Positions 26,029 to 36,531 of a DNA stretch of 64,000 bases are shown piece by piece. This stretch comes from an uncultured virus (IMG/VR IMGVR_UViG_3300028392_000061). Taxonomy: Duplodnaviria > Heunggongvirae > Uroviricota > Caudoviricetes. The position numbers and the translations under genes are program-made. Numbering within the stretch: the stretch's first letter is position 1; each line of letters begins with the position of its first letter. Where the stretch lies: IMG/VR virus record IMGVR_UViG_3300028392_000061. One strand, 5' to 3'. Below the pieces are notes generated by a model. That model ran no database searches. It saw nothing but the letters and a program-made list of their open reading frames with translations, and was not told the DNA's origin.

Positions 26029-29000
26029 TATCCTACCTCCTTTACATATATCGTTCCATCATCCATTTCAGCAATAGCGGGATCACAAATCATTCCCGCC
26101 TGCATCTTTCCCAACGCTTTTGTATAAAGTTTTGGAAAAGCAATAACTCTTTCTAAAGTCTTATCTGCATCAGATAATATAATATGAGCCATCATTTTAT
26201 TAGCTTTTGTTTTATAATGTGTAAAATCAAGAACTAAACGTTTACCTGAATCAATCTTTAACTTATCTTTGTATAGCCATTGAACAAATGGATCATCAAT
26301 CTTGTTTACTACATCATCAATAGTCACATATTTGTGAATACGGTTATCTCCAACTAAAAAGAAATACATCATTCCTGTTTCAATTTGTGTTTGTTCACTA
26401 TGAAATATACCTACAGAACCAGTATCATCTACAAGCTCTACACGGCTCCATCCCGTCCCTTTTTTAATAGACTTAACCATTGCAAGCAAAACAAAGCATC
26501 CCTCTTCTAGGAACTCCTGGAGGGGGCTTACCTGTGCTTTAATAGATGGGCTTAGCTTTCCAGTATCAAATTTAGGAATGCCAAGATATTCATATAAGTT
26601 TTCATTTTCATTTCCTGTGCGTGGGTTATCAGGAAATGCAGAAGCGCCAATCATATTAAGAGAATCAAGCGCTCTTGAATTAATACCACTACCTTTTTGT
26701 ATTGTTTTATCAGTAAAATCTTTATAATTTTTAAAAGGTCTTAATGCTGTAATTTTACTTCCAATATTATCTGAAATGTATTTAATATTAGATAAACCAA
26801 ATCTTATAGAGTTTCCTTGAATAGTAAAATCGAGTTCAGATTCGTTGATATGCGGGAGCAAGACTTTAATGCCCAGACGCTTGGCTTCGAGTAAATAATC
26901 AGTTCTAGCATCTTTATCTTTTTCGTTCTTGAGAATGGCAAACATAAACTCAAGAGGGTAATAACATTTAAGCCAAGCAGTATAATAGCTAAGCATAGAA
27001 TACGCAATGGCGTGAGAACGGTTAAAAGAATAACCAGCGTGAGCTTCGAAGTCGTGCCATAATTTTGCGGCATCTTCGGGTGTAATATGATTTGAAGCAC
27101 CTGAGATAAACTGGTCTTTATATATATCAAACTCTTTAGCATCTTTTTTCTTTCCAATAATTTTTCTTACTTTATCTGCATCCATCCAAGTCATCCCGCC
27201 CAAATGAACGCAAGCTTGCATAACTTGTTCCTGATAAATAATAACTCCATATGTACGCTCTGTAAATTCGTGCATAATTGGATGAGCATACGTAACCATC
27301 TCATCACCTTTTTTGCGACGTACATAAGATCCGCCCACTGTATTCATAGCGCCTGGACGAACTAATGCGTTAGACGCAGCAAGATCTTCAAACGTGCTTA
27401 CACCCATTTTCATAAGAAGATTTGTATAAGGAGTTGCTTCTGCTTGAAACACACCTTTAGTAAATCCATTTGAAAGCATTTGAAATACTTTAGGATCATC
27501 CAGCGTTAAAGATTTAAGGTCAATCTTTTTCTTACTAATCTTTTCAATAGTTTTTAATGTATCATCAATAACTGATAAAGTTTTAAGTCCAAGTACATCA
27601 AGTTTAATTAAGCCTAAATCTGCTGTTTGTTCCATATCATATGCAACAACTGGGATACGACCAGATACTGAATCGTTTGGGTCTTTACGTGTTTCAATTG
27701 GGACATACTTGCTAATATCATCTTTTGCAACTACAACTCCCGCTGCATGCATTCCATTGCCACGAATTTTTCCACGAAGCATTGAAGCATATTTTGTTAC
27801 TTCAGGATACTTCTTTCTAAACTCTTCTGTGTTAGGGCTTGTTTCATATTCTTCAAAAGTTTCAACATGCTTAAGCGTTCTTTCAACTTCTTTAAGTGGT
27901 ACTAGGAAAGTACGTGCAACGTCTTTAATTACACCTTTATCTTTAAAATACTGAAAGGTAGAAATAGAAGCAACATGTTTAAACTTCTTGCGAAGATATT
28001 CTTTAACCTCACCACGACGACGGTCCATAAAGTCTGTATCAATATCTGGAAAGTCATTACGCTCTGGATTAATAAAACGGAAAAAAAGCAAATCATATTT
28101 AATTGGGTCTACTTCTGTAATACCCATTAAATAACATACTAACGATCCTGCTGCAGATCCTCTTCCTGGTCCAACAAGGATTTCATTTTCTTTTGCCCAA
28201 CCAACCATATCCCCAACAACAAGGAAATAGCTAGCAAAGTTTTTATCGGAAATAACTTGAAGCTCTTCTTTGAGTCTTTCTCTGTATGTCTCATTATCTA
28301 AACCCATTTCTACTAGAGACTTTTCACATAAATCTTTTACTGTTTTTAATGCATTTTTCTTTGGTACTGGAAGCAAATCTAGATTTTCGTGAAAATCATA
28401 TGCTTCAATCTTATTAGCAATCTCTACTGATGATTCATAAATGTCTTTGCGTGTAATCCCCGCTTTGATAAAGTCTTCTTCAATTTCAGTGCGGGATTGA
28501 ATAAAAACGTTAATGTCAGCGAAAGAAATAGGGCGATTGGGATAAAGATGGTCAAACCTATCAATAATATTAGATCGTAAACGACCACTTGTATAATCTG
28601 CTTCTTTGTTTTGTGTTGGTTTGGTAGATAGGATAAGCAAAAGTTCTTCCAAATCCCGTTCTTCTTTAACTGCAAAATGACAATCCCCCGTTGCTACTGG
28701 CTGTATTTTAAATTCATCTGCTAATGCAAGTAAAGCAGTATTTAAACTATCTGGGTTATGTGCTTGAACTTCAATATAAAAATCTTTATCAAAACGATCT
28801 TTTAACATCTTAGTATATTCTCTTGCTTTTTCATTATCCCCACGCTCAATAGCTTTAGAAATAATTCCACCCATGCAACCAGACAATACAATTATACCGT
28901 CACCAAACTCAAAAAGAACTTCCATATCAATTCTTGGTTTATGGTAATAACCTTCTGTCCAAGCAATCTGAGAAAGCTTTTGAAGATTTTTTAAACCTAA

Positions 29001-29303
29001 ATCATTTTTTGCCAATAAAATAATGTGTGAGTAAAGAGAGGTATTATCTTCTCTTTTTGCTACTGCTCTTTTGTCAAAACGATCTGTTTCTGAAATATAA
29101 GCTTCAAGACCAAGAATTGGCTTCATTCCAAGTTCTTTTGCAGCAATCTGCATATCTCTATGAGAAGATAGAGAACCATGATCAGTAATAGCCAAACATG
29201 CCTGACCTTGATTTTTTGCAGCAACGAGTAACTCGTTTGGTGTATTTAAACCATCCATAAGCGAATAATGCGAATGGACATGCAAATGAACAAAGTCAGA
29301 CAT
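26028..29303 (-). CDS. dnaE: DNA polymerase III alpha subunit (family C) with intact-looking PHP domain
   Basis: HLHVHSHYS, TDHG, GRGSAAGSLV, PDIDTD, HAAG, KLDVLGL, YSFNRSH. Confidence 0.97.
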   Translation of the reverse strand: MSDFVHLHVHSHYSLMDGLNTPNELLVAAKNQGQACLAITDHGSLSSHRDMQIAAKELGMKPILGLEAYISETDRFDKRAVAKREDNTSLYSHIILLAKNDLGLKNLQKLSQIAWTEGYYHKPRIDMEVLFEFGDGIIVLSGCMGGIISKAIERGDNEKAREYTKMLKDRFDKDFYIEVQAHNPDSLNTALLALADEFKIQPVATGDCHFAVKEERDLEELLLILSTKPTQNKEADYTSGRLRSNIIDRFDHLYPNRPISFADINVFIQSRTEIEEDFIKAGITRKDIYESSVEIANKIEAYDFHENLDLLPVPKKNALKTVKDLCEKSLVEMGLDNETYRERLKEELQVISDKNFASYFLVVGDMVGWAKENEILVGPGRGSAAGSLVCYLMGITEVDPIKYDLLFFRFINPERNDFPDIDTDFMDRRRGEVKEYLRKKFKHVASISTFQYFKDKGVIKDVARTFLVPLKEVERTLKHVETFEEYETSPNTEEFRKKYPEVTKYASMLRGKIRGNGMHAAGVVVAKDDISKYVPIETRKDPNDSVSGRIPVVAYDMEQTADLGLIKLDVLGLKTLSVIDDTLKTIEKISKKKIDLKSLTLDDPKVFQMLSNGFTKGVFQAEATPYTNLLMKMGVSTFEDLAASNALVRPGAMNTVGGSYVRRKKGDEMVTYAHPIMHEFTERTYGVIIYQEQVMQACVHLGGMTWMDADKVRKIIGKKKDAKEFDIYKDQFISGASNHITPEDAAKLWHDFEAHAGYSFNRSHAIAYSMLSYYTAWLKCYYPLEFMFAILKNEKDKDARTDYLLEAKRLGIKVLLPHINESELDFTIQGNSIRFGLSNIKYISDNIGSKITALRPFKNYKDFTDKTIQKGSGINSRALDSLNMIGASAFPDNPRTGNENENLYEYLGIPKFDTGKLSPSIKAQVSPLQEFLEEGCFVLLAMVKSIKKGTGWSRVELVDDTGSVGIFHSEQTQIETGMMYFFLVGDNRIHKYVTIDDVVNKIDDPFVQWLYKDKLKIDSGKRLVLDFTHYKTKANKMMAHIILSDADKTLERVIAFPKLYTKALGKMQAGMICDPAIAEMDDGTIYVKEVG

Positions 29304-29327
29304 GTTTAACTTTCTATTAGTTAGTTA

Positions 29328-30005
29328 TTACCACTCAACAGCGGATGAAGTGGATGATGATTCTGCACTTGATGATTCAGAAGTAATTCCAAAGTAGAAA
29401 TTTTCTTGCTCTGGATATTGAACATCTCGTACTGCTGTTTTTGAAAGGTCAAGCAATTCATACTTATCAAAATCAATTGCTTCTGCTGATGCAGTTGGAA
29501 GTGGAATAATTGAATAATTTGTATCAGTCTTCTCACCTGTGCGCTTTAGCTTCCAGTTAAGATTTGTGATGCTTCCAGTTTCTCCCGCATATGAAACAAC
29601 TTCTTGAGTTGCTGACTTTGGACCTACGCCCTGTGAAAAGATTGCAACGTATGGCTCTTCTGTACCATCATCAACTAATACATTTGCGTAAAAGCGTTGA
29701 CGGCCTTTCCAGCCAGCCTTCGGGTCACGACGATGCATTTCGCATCCGTAGCAACGACCTTGATCTTCAATAGTACAAAGCGCTTTACGCTTGTAGTCTC
29801 CTGGATTTGTGTGTTCAATTGCAATAAACGCTAGACCAGCTTTTTCAACATATGTTGGTGAGTCTGGATCAATTTCTTGCATGAAGCGGATTTTTAATGA
29901 TTGACCATCTTTAAGTTGTAGCCATCTTCCTTTTTGCGAATCACTTGAATGTGATTTTTGTTCCATTTGAAGGTTCATTGCCTTCAAGCCTGTTACTATA
30001 CCCAT
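29328..30005 (-). CDS. single-stranded DNA-binding protein (gp32-like)
   Basis: LKDGQSLKIRF, Zn ligands, acidic/Ser tail ending in W; between primase and polymerase. Confidence 0.75.
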   Translation of the reverse strand: MGIVTGLKAMNLQMEQKSHSSDSQKGRWLQLKDGQSLKIRFMQEIDPDSPTYVEKAGLAFIAIEHTNPGDYKRKALCTIEDQGRCYGCEMHRRDPKAGWKGRQRFYANVLVDDGTEEPYVAIFSQGVGPKSATQEVVSYAGETGSITNLNWKLKRTGEKTDTNYSIIPLPTASAEAIDFDKYELLDLSKTAVRDVQYPEQENFYFGITSESSSAESSSTSSAVEW

Positions 30006-30078
30006 GTTTTCTCCTTATGTAGTGGACTATATTGTGTCCTATTATTATCATTATATCAGTTTAGACCTGCTTTGTCTA

Positions 30079-31038
30079 CTAGATATTGGCGTATTCAAAA
30101 TGCGGAATAGCATTTTTTATACATTGTTTTATTTCTTCATCCGTCATATCTCCTACATCTTTAGCAGAATTAGGATAGATATTATTGTGGTCATATTTAG
30201 CCCACAAAACATTTTTACTCTTTAATCTATTAGCAATTGTATTGCCTAACGCACGACCTGCTGAATCATTATCTGTCATTAAAATTATTGTAGATGAATA
30301 CTTATTTAAATTTTGTATATTAATGTCTGATATGCTTCCACCTAGTGTGGCTACTGCATTTGGATATCCCGCTTGCCATAAACGAATAGCATCAAAGCTA
30401 GACTCAACAACAATAATAGTTCCGCCCTCACGCTTAGCACGATGTAAATTAAACATAGTCTTATTGCGTGGTAAGTTAACACTATTTTTAAACTTTTTAT
30501 CAGTAATTGATCTGCCAATAATACCTACTGGCAAACCATCTGGTGAATGTAACGGCACTGTAACCATACCCATATTAGAAGAATAGCCAAGTTTAAAATG
30601 TGATATTGCAGATAAACCTATCTGACGTGAATTAAAATATTCTAAAGCAGCTGGCGTTGTTGCAAGTTCATTATATAACTTCTCTAATGTTTCTTTTGGA
30701 AAAGCAACAAACTCTGGCTTTTCATCAAGCAAATCTTTAAGTCCATCTTCAAATGCATCTTCTGCTGTTTGCTTATTTTGAGAAATAAATCTCAAAGCTT
30801 CAAAATCATTTCTATTTGTAAGTAATTTTACAAGGTCTAACACAGTTCCAGATGAATCGCAGTTTTGATTATAACAAATATAAAGACCTTTTGAATAACT
30901 TACTGCAAAAGCTGGAGAATCAACATTATGATGAAAAGGACACAAACATAAAAAGTCTGTACCTGTTTCAGATACAACATCTATATTGCAGGAACGCAGA
31001 ATAGAGCGGAGATCCGCTTTAGTATATGCATCTAACAT
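30079..31038 (-). CDS. dnaG: DNA primase (CHC2 zinc finger + Toprim)
   Basis: CPFH, C....C, VVESSFDA, DNDSAG, KDVGD. Confidence 0.92.
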   Translation of the reverse strand: MLDAYTKADLRSILRSCNIDVVSETGTDFLCLCPFHHNVDSPAFAVSYSKGLYICYNQNCDSSGTVLDLVKLLTNRNDFEALRFISQNKQTAEDAFEDGLKDLLDEKPEFVAFPKETLEKLYNELATTPAALEYFNSRQIGLSAISHFKLGYSSNMGMVTVPLHSPDGLPVGIIGRSITDKKFKNSVNLPRNKTMFNLHRAKREGGTIIVVESSFDAIRLWQAGYPNAVATLGGSISDINIQNLNKYSSTIILMTDNDSAGRALGNTIANRLKSKNVLWAKYDHNNIYPNSAKDVGDMTDEEIKQCIKNAIPHFEYANI

Positions 31039-31041
31039 TTT

Positions 31042-31323
31042 TTATCCTTTAGGTATTAAACTCTGTCCTGAGAAACCTTCATATTTTAGTGCTTTGGCTT
31101 TCCCAAGATACATCCCGTACATAACTAGATTAAAGGTGTAGTGATCTTTATCTTCATTATATTTTATATTAAATTGTGGCTGTATGTCAAGTACAGGAAT
31201 ATAGCCCTTGTCCCGCATCTGCTGGACTAAAAGCCTTTCATAATTCTCTCTAGAAATTTGAAGTTTGGAATCATCAATGATGGTTCCACTTATCCAAAAG
31301 TCATGTATTTTTCTTGGGTACAT
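31042..31323 (-). CDS. hypothetical protein
   Basis: ORF track; TGGTATAAT upstream. Confidence 0.75.
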   Translation of the reverse strand: MYPRKIHDFWISGTIIDDSKLQISRENYERLLVQQMRDKGYIPVLDIQPQFNIKYNEDKDHYTFNLVMYGMYLGKAKALKYEGFSGQSLIPKG

Positions 31324-31373
31324 GGCTGCCTAACTGTCTTGATAATTATACCAAGTTAGCTAGACATTACATA

Positions 31374-32600
31374 TTATCCAATAGGAACATCGTAGACTTC
31401 TTTAACAATTCCCCGATTAAGATCCCAATCCAAATACATTCCAAATTCAGTTCCATGACGGTTCTTACGACTTACAATTTCCATAATATTGCTATCAGGA
31501 TTTTTATGAATTGCCATAGCCATATCAGCATCATACTCAATTGCTTTTGACCAAGCAACTTGACTCAACATTGGTGGTGAATCATGATCTGCTACTTCTT
31601 CTGCGGTTGCAGCAGTAATGTCAATAATTGGAATGTTATTAGACATTGCCAACTTTTTAAAAGATTTAGAAATATTCATGTTACGTTCTGTAGGACCTTT
31701 TGAATTTTGATTATCACTAAATAACTGATGATAATCAAGAATAACAATATCTGGCTTATATTGATCAATCTTTGCTTGAATAACATTTGGAGTTACTTCT
31801 CCCATGCCCTCATTTGATACTAAGATAAATTGATTTTTATCAGCAAACTTCTTTAAACCCCAGTCATTAAATTGATCAATATTAATATCTCCTCTAGCAA
31901 AGTCTGAAGCCTTAAACAATCCCGACCCCATCATAGTATAAATACGATCACGCATATTCTCAGGTGTCATTTCAAGGGATACAATCATTGGTTTAAAGCC
32001 CTGTTCCCAGGCTTTGCAGGCCAAATAAGACGAGAACCAAGTCTTACCCTTACCAGGCCAACCAATCATGACAATAAGGTGTCCTGGAGCCATTCCTGTA
32101 GGATACGCATAATCAATTGCTTTAAAGCCAGTCATTATTCCTGGGCTGCCGCCCATTGCATCTGAACGGTCTTTAATTGCTTGAAAATGTTTACCTGCTT
32201 CTTCATAATCAGTTAAATCAACATCTCTAACATTAGAGGTTAACTTATTAAGTGTTGCAAGTTCTGCTTGCATTTGTGCAATGACTCTACCAGAAGCTTC
32301 TGTTTTTAAGCTTGCTCCAGAGGAAAGTAATAGGTTGCGTAGGCGGGAAGCAAGATATTCGTTTTTAAGTTGATCTAAGTAGTAGGCTGTTTCGCCTTTA
32401 GTTTTTGTAGGTTCAAAATCTTTAAACTTTTCAGTAAGTACGGAAACGTCAGGTACAGCCTTAAACTTTAAATAGTAAGATTTTAAGCCTTCCCACACAT
32501 CTCTGTGTGAAGTAAAGACTTCATCAATATTGCCAGCCATTACAACTGAAATATCTTTGTTCTCACATATTGCTGTTATTACTGCTGACTCTGTATTCAT
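31374..32600 (-). CDS. dnaB: DnaB-like replicative helicase
   Basis: GWPGKGKT, SLEM, ILDY, IEYDAD, KNRHG. Confidence 0.93.
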   Translation of the reverse strand: MNTESAVITAICENKDISVVMAGNIDEVFTSHRDVWEGLKSYYLKFKAVPDVSVLTEKFKDFEPTKTKGETAYYLDQLKNEYLASRLRNLLLSSGASLKTEASGRVIAQMQAELATLNKLTSNVRDVDLTDYEEAGKHFQAIKDRSDAMGGSPGIMTGFKAIDYAYPTGMAPGHLIVMIGWPGKGKTWFSSYLACKAWEQGFKPMIVSLEMTPENMRDRIYTMMGSGLFKASDFARGDINIDQFNDWGLKKFADKNQFILVSNEGMGEVTPNVIQAKIDQYKPDIVILDYHQLFSDNQNSKGPTERNMNISKSFKKLAMSNNIPIIDITAATAEEVADHDSPPMLSQVAWSKAIEYDADMAMAIHKNPDSNIMEIVSRKNRHGTEFGMYLDWDLNRGIVKEVYDVPIG

Positions 32601-32922
32601 TGTCTCTTTCTTCAACCATAGTTTTTGTTTTTGCTCTAATTAATTCACGACGTAATTTGTCTTGCTCAATTTGAGTAAGCGTTAAATCTATTTTTTCAAA
32701 ATTATAAAAGAACCATTGTATTGGATGGCCTGGGCGACTTGTTTTAAAATAATATTCAAGTAGTTCTTTTGATCTATCATATCCAATGCTATCAATAACA
32801 TCTTGCATTGCCCACTTTTCACGATAACGATTTACAACTGGAACTTTGCCATAAGACTGTTTGTATAAAGCACAATAGAACCCAACTAAACCGTAGGCTA
32901 ACCTTGCTTCATCTTTGGTCAT
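32563..32922 (-). CDS. hypothetical protein (possible helicase loader)
   Basis: Directly upstream of helicase. Confidence 0.65.
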   Translation of the reverse strand: MTKDEARLAYGLVGFYCALYKQSYGKVPVVNRYREKWAMQDVIDSIGYDRSKELLEYYFKTSRPGHPIQWFFYNFEKIDLTLTQIEQDKLRRELIRAKTKTMVEERDNEYRVSSNNSNM

Positions 32923-33155
32923 TTCTTTTTAGCCTTTAGCTCTTCCTCTATTTCGTTAACTTTTTCCATTAACTTTTTTTCTACAAAATCATAAACTCTA
33001 TTAGTGGCTTCGTCAATTGTTTCACCATTTCGTTGAAAATCTTCAATACCAATTCCAACTTTAAGACTTTCATAATTACCTAAATTGCGAGTAAATTGTA
33101 AATCAATTTTAACAACAGTTGATTTACCTGATGTACTATTCGTCAAATTGCTCAT
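32919..33155 (-). CDS. hypothetical protein (NLGNYESLKV motif)
   Basis: GAGGA SD before ATG 33155. Confidence 0.75.
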   Translation of the reverse strand: MSNLTNSTSGKSTVVKIDLQFTRNLGNYESLKVGIGIEDFQRNGETIDEATNRVYDFVEKKLMEKVNEIEEELKAKKK

Positions 33156-33378
33156 CTTTTTTATCCTCTTCTCTAGGTGATAAACCAAATCCTGGCTTAA
33201 ACTTTTTTACATTCTTATCAGCCAAATGTTGATAAAGCATCATCAAGCGATCCGATATTGCTATCATAGCATCTAGGTCTTCTTTTTGTCCAGCTATCTC
33301 CATAGCATACTCAAGGACTCTAATTGCAGAATCAAGTGTTTGTTTTGCTTCTTTACTTAATTTATTATTCTCTACCAT
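33136..33378 (-). CDS. hypothetical protein
   Basis: ORF track. Confidence 0.7.
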   Translation of the reverse strand: MVENNKLSKEAKQTLDSAIRVLEYAMEIAGQKEDLDAMIAISDRLMMLYQHLADKNVKKFKPGFGLSPREEDKKDEQFDE

Positions 33379-33887
33379 TCGGGTTGTTTCCAAACTGGAC
33401 TAAATGTCCCATCGTTATTTTTAACATATAAAATGTTTTCCTGTCTCATCATTGCTTCTATTTCCGCTCTGCTAGGCATGTTACCTGGATGAATCTCTCC
33501 ATCATTTCTAGGCCTGCCCCTGTGGACAGTTTTAAAAAATTCATGCATTTCTCTCATATCATCTTCACTCCAATAGTATTTACCTGGAGTTTTTTTTCCA
33601 TTTAAAGAATAAACCTGTTGTGGCTTTTTAATATTACCTGCGTATAAATGTCTTTTGATCGTATCTTCATGTCTTCCTATAATTTTACAAACTTTGGAAA
33701 GAGGGTAAGCGTTTTGCATATTATTTTTAACATCAGTTAATACAAACGCTACACGCTTACCCATCTCGTAATCCCAGGCGACCATAAGATCTTCTGCTCT
33801 TGATTGTCTTAAGACTTTATAAAGCTTGGTATTTAAATAGAAGTACCGTAGTTTTGATGAAGTCTTTCCTCGTTTTTTGACAGCCAT
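33372..33887 (-). CDS. MerR/excisionase-like HTH DNA-binding protein
   Basis: YPLSKVCKIIGRHEDTIKR, YYWSEDD, RGRP. Confidence 0.7.
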   Translation of the reverse strand: MAVKKRGKTSSKLRYFYLNTKLYKVLRQSRAEDLMVAWDYEMGKRVAFVLTDVKNNMQNAYPLSKVCKIIGRHEDTIKRHLYAGNIKKPQQVYSLNGKKTPGKYYWSEDDMREMHEFFKTVHRGRPRNDGEIHPGNMPSRAEIEAMMRQENILYVKNNDGTFSPVWKQPEW

Positions 33888-34015
33888 ATACCGAACCTTG
33901 AATCTCTCTTGATCATCCATCTATTCCCACACATAATGCAATACAGTTCAACACGGATTTTTTGGGAATAAACCCTGTCTACAACAACTCTGCCATTACA
34001 TTTATTACAATACAT
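33833..34015 (-). CDS. zinc-ribbon protein
   Basis: CNKCNG...CIMCG. Confidence 0.75.
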   Translation of the reverse strand: MYCNKCNGRVVVDRVYSQKIRVELYCIMCGNRWMIKRDSRFGIWLSKNEERLHQNYGTSI

Positions 34016-34034
34016 TATTTAGTTTTTCTGTATC

Positions 34035-34337
34035 CTACTTAGAAGCTGGCTTCTTAGCAGTAGCTTTCTTTGGCTTTAAAGCCGCATCTAGCTTTTTAGT
34101 GAAAGCAGAAGTTGCAAGTTCTGCAACTACGCCAAACGCAGGATCCTTTTTGTTAAAATAGCGTAGCGCTACTGGAACAAGGGATGCCCATAGAGAGTTT
34201 GCTACTAGCAACCACTCGTGTCCACCAAAACTTAGAATAGTCAAATTTGTTGTTGCTGCAACAATTGTTGTTGCTCCAATAATTTGACCTACCAAGTTAC
34301 GAACATAAGATTCAATCATTGCTTGATTAATCTTCAT
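34035..34337 (-). CDS. holin-like membrane protein
   Basis: Hydrophobic segments, LRYFNKKDPAFG, basic tail; AAGGAG SD. Confidence 0.65.
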   Translation of the reverse strand: MKINQAMIESYVRNLVGQIIGATTIVAATTNLTILSFGGHEWLLVANSLWASLVPVALRYFNKKDPAFGVVAELATSAFTKKLDAALKPKKATAKKPASK

Positions 34338-34432
34338 TTTTTTTCTCCTTATTGTTAGTGTAGATGTTGTTCTTATGAACAGGATTTGAAACCTTTTTAT
34401 AATTAATTTTTATTACATCTACTATTTATTTC

Positions 34433-35236
34433 CTATACAGAAAATAATTTTCCATCAACTACACAAGTGTAACTGGGGGAAATTTCTACTATCTGCACAT
34501 GAGGATGTTCACCATTCTCAATGTGTGCGATAGCAAAACCTTTTTGCCAATTGTGGTTCTGTGTGTATTTCATACCAGAACTTTTTTCATCACACATATG
34601 TCCAATTTCATATCCACGAATTGTTCTGCCACCAGTGGCTAATGGGAGTTCATATGTTTGAAAGTGTGAGGCAATTCTATGAGAATGTCCTCTAATTAAA
34701 GAAATTTGCAAATCATCAATATCTTTTCTTACTGCACCAGTGTCAGCAATTGAAAGACCATGATGGACGTGAATATCACCAAAACGTTGCTTTGGCAATT
34801 CGTTGTAATAAATATATTCATAACCAAGAGAATCTAAAGACCACAAAGATTCTGGTGTTACGTCTTTGGCATAGTCTGGAAGCTTCTTATCAATATAATC
34901 AAAAATTCTAATATCATGATTTCCTAATGCAGAAAATAATTGTGCGTCTGGAAGCATTTCACGGGTCTTAGCATAAAAATCTCTTGCACCTTTTGCTTCA
35001 TGTCGCATCATAGGAACAATAAGGTCTTTACTATCATCTTTATGCAATTGCATAAATTCTGCAGAACGACCTTCTGTATATTTACTATAGCAAGCTTGAT
35101 CATCTGTATCCCCAAGATAATCTACAACATCTGGCTTAAACCATTTTATAACCTTAAACCATAGCTCAATGGCTTTATCATCTTGATATGGGAATTGCTG
35201 GTCGGATGAAAGCATCCATTTTAAATCATTACTCAT
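34433..35236 (-). CDS. calcineurin-like metallophosphoesterase
   Basis: SDQQ, LGD..D, GNHD, HHG, GHSH. Confidence 0.88.
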   Translation of the reverse strand: MSNDLKWMLSSDQQFPYQDDKAIELWFKVIKWFKPDVVDYLGDTDDQACYSKYTEGRSAEFMQLHKDDSKDLIVPMMRHEAKGARDFYAKTREMLPDAQLFSALGNHDIRIFDYIDKKLPDYAKDVTPESLWSLDSLGYEYIYYNELPKQRFGDIHVHHGLSIADTGAVRKDIDDLQISLIRGHSHRIASHFQTYELPLATGGRTIRGYEIGHMCDEKSSGMKYTQNHNWQKGFAIAHIENGEHPHVQIVEISPSYTCVVDGKLFSV

Positions 35237-35261
35237 GTAATCCTTTTTCTAGGTTTAGTTA

Positions 35262-35291
35262 ATTGTATCGCATGTTATTGTTTTATGTCAA
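35262..35291 (-). promoter_or_regulatory. SigA-type promoter
   Basis: TTGACA-18 nt-TACAAT. Confidence 0.75.
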
Positions 35292-35548
35292 GCAGCGTGT
35301 GCTTTATTATGTTCTTTTCTTGAACAAATAAAAAGATTAATTAATCTATTATCACTTTTATCATTATTGATATGATGAATAGTTTCCCAATCTTCTATAA
35401 TTCTATTTAATTGTTTTTCAATTATGAGGCGGTGTTCATAATACCAGCCTTTAAAATTTTTAGGATGTTCTGGCACTTTAATTAAAATGTAACCATTACA
35501 ACTTATTTTCCTATCACGCTTATTCCAAGCATTGATAGGAATATACAT
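35288..35548 (-). CDS. HNH endonuclease
   Basis: YEHRLI...IHHINNDKSDNRLINL...EH...H. Confidence 0.88.
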   Translation of the reverse strand: MYIPINAWNKRDRKISCNGYILIKVPEHPKNFKGWYYEHRLIIEKQLNRIIEDWETIHHINNDKSDNRLINLFICSRKEHNKAHAA

Positions 35549-35979
35549 TACGCAAAACCTACTGCTACCCAATATAACAATAAGCTTTTTGTATCTTTTG
35601 TAGGCTTTGCATTTCCTACATAGGTAAATGTTGCACTTGTTGCAGTAATTGACTTACTTACATATACATATCCACCTTGAGTTTTGCTAGTTGAAATTAC
35701 AGTTCCAACTACTGAAGATGGCTTTGAATTAAAAGAATATGTAATATCAACAGTTGGCCCTTTTATAGGTTCCCATCCCGCTTCAACTTTTCTAGTTCCT
35801 TGAACTGTTGTAGGCAAACCAGTAGCTGAATCAACTGTTGTAACCGAATGTGTGCCTGCTGCTTGCAAATCTGCAATAGCTTTTTGTTGTTTATTTAAAG
35901 TATCAATAATAACTGAAATGGTTGTGTAATCAATTACTGCATTATCTGATTGAATAATTTGATTGCTATTGTTAGCCAA
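35548..35979 (-). CDS. probable minor tail protein (coiled coil + small beta domain)
   Basis: End of tail module; FNSKPSSV...YWVAVG. Confidence 0.6.
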   Translation of the reverse strand: MANNSNQIIQSDNAVIDYTTISVIIDTLNKQQKAIADLQAAGTHSVTTVDSATGLPTTVQGTRKVEAGWEPIKGPTVDITYSFNSKPSSVVGTVISTSKTQGGYVYVSKSITATSATFTYVGNAKPTKDTKSLLLYWVAVGFA

Positions 35980-36370
35980 TTGGTTCTCCTTCTGTATGGA
36001 CTAGGACTTCTTTCTGTCCCGCCTCTATAATGCTTGTATTAATCCATTCTAGCACATCTGGATCAACCACATGCCTACGTTTTGAATCGCTTATAAGATA
36101 TATTTTACCATCAGAAATGTCCTTGACCAAAGATCCATCTCTAAATCCTAATGTCCCGCCCGATGTTAATTTATTTAAAAATGCAGCATCAATTTTAAGG
36201 GCGGGAAGACACCAAGATTGCATGGCTCTCTCTGAAACAAATTTAAATCTTTTATTTCCTTTTACATAGTAAAAAGAACCAGCGTTTAATCCGATTAATC
36301 CACTGGGTATAAAAGGTGCATCTTTAGTTATCTTTATTTGTTTTTTCTGAAAGACTTTGAGAATATTCAT
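35972..36370 (-). CDS. hypothetical protein with duplicated beta repeat
   Basis: FYYVKGNKRFKF and IYLISDSKRRHV. Confidence 0.7.
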   Translation of the reverse strand: MNILKVFQKKQIKITKDAPFIPSGLIGLNAGSFYYVKGNKRFKFVSERAMQSWCLPALKIDAAFLNKLTSGGTLGFRDGSLVKDISDGKIYLISDSKRRHVVDPDVLEWINTSIIEAGQKEVLVHTEGEPIG

Positions 36371-36512
36371 CTATTGCTTTCTGCTTATCTTCTGCTTGTT
36401 GTGACACTTGTGTAAGTTCTGCTCTAAGTACTGCTACTTGTGTTTCATAATTTGAAACAAGCTCGCCAATACGTTGCTGTAGAGCAGTAATAATTAATTC
36501 TGCTTTTTCCAT
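36324..36512 (-). CDS. small coiled-coil protein
   Basis: AAAGG SD; heptad pattern. Confidence 0.7.
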   Translation of the reverse strand: MEKAELIITALQQRIGELVSNYETQVAVLRAELTQVSQQAEDKQKAIDEYSQSLSEKTNKDN

Positions 36513-36531
36513 TTTAACCTTTTCTATTATT

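Noticed and set aside
13528..32600. Inteins or introns in terL, recA, dnaE, dnaB
   Set aside because: Normal lengths, uninterrupted frames, no intein motifs seen.
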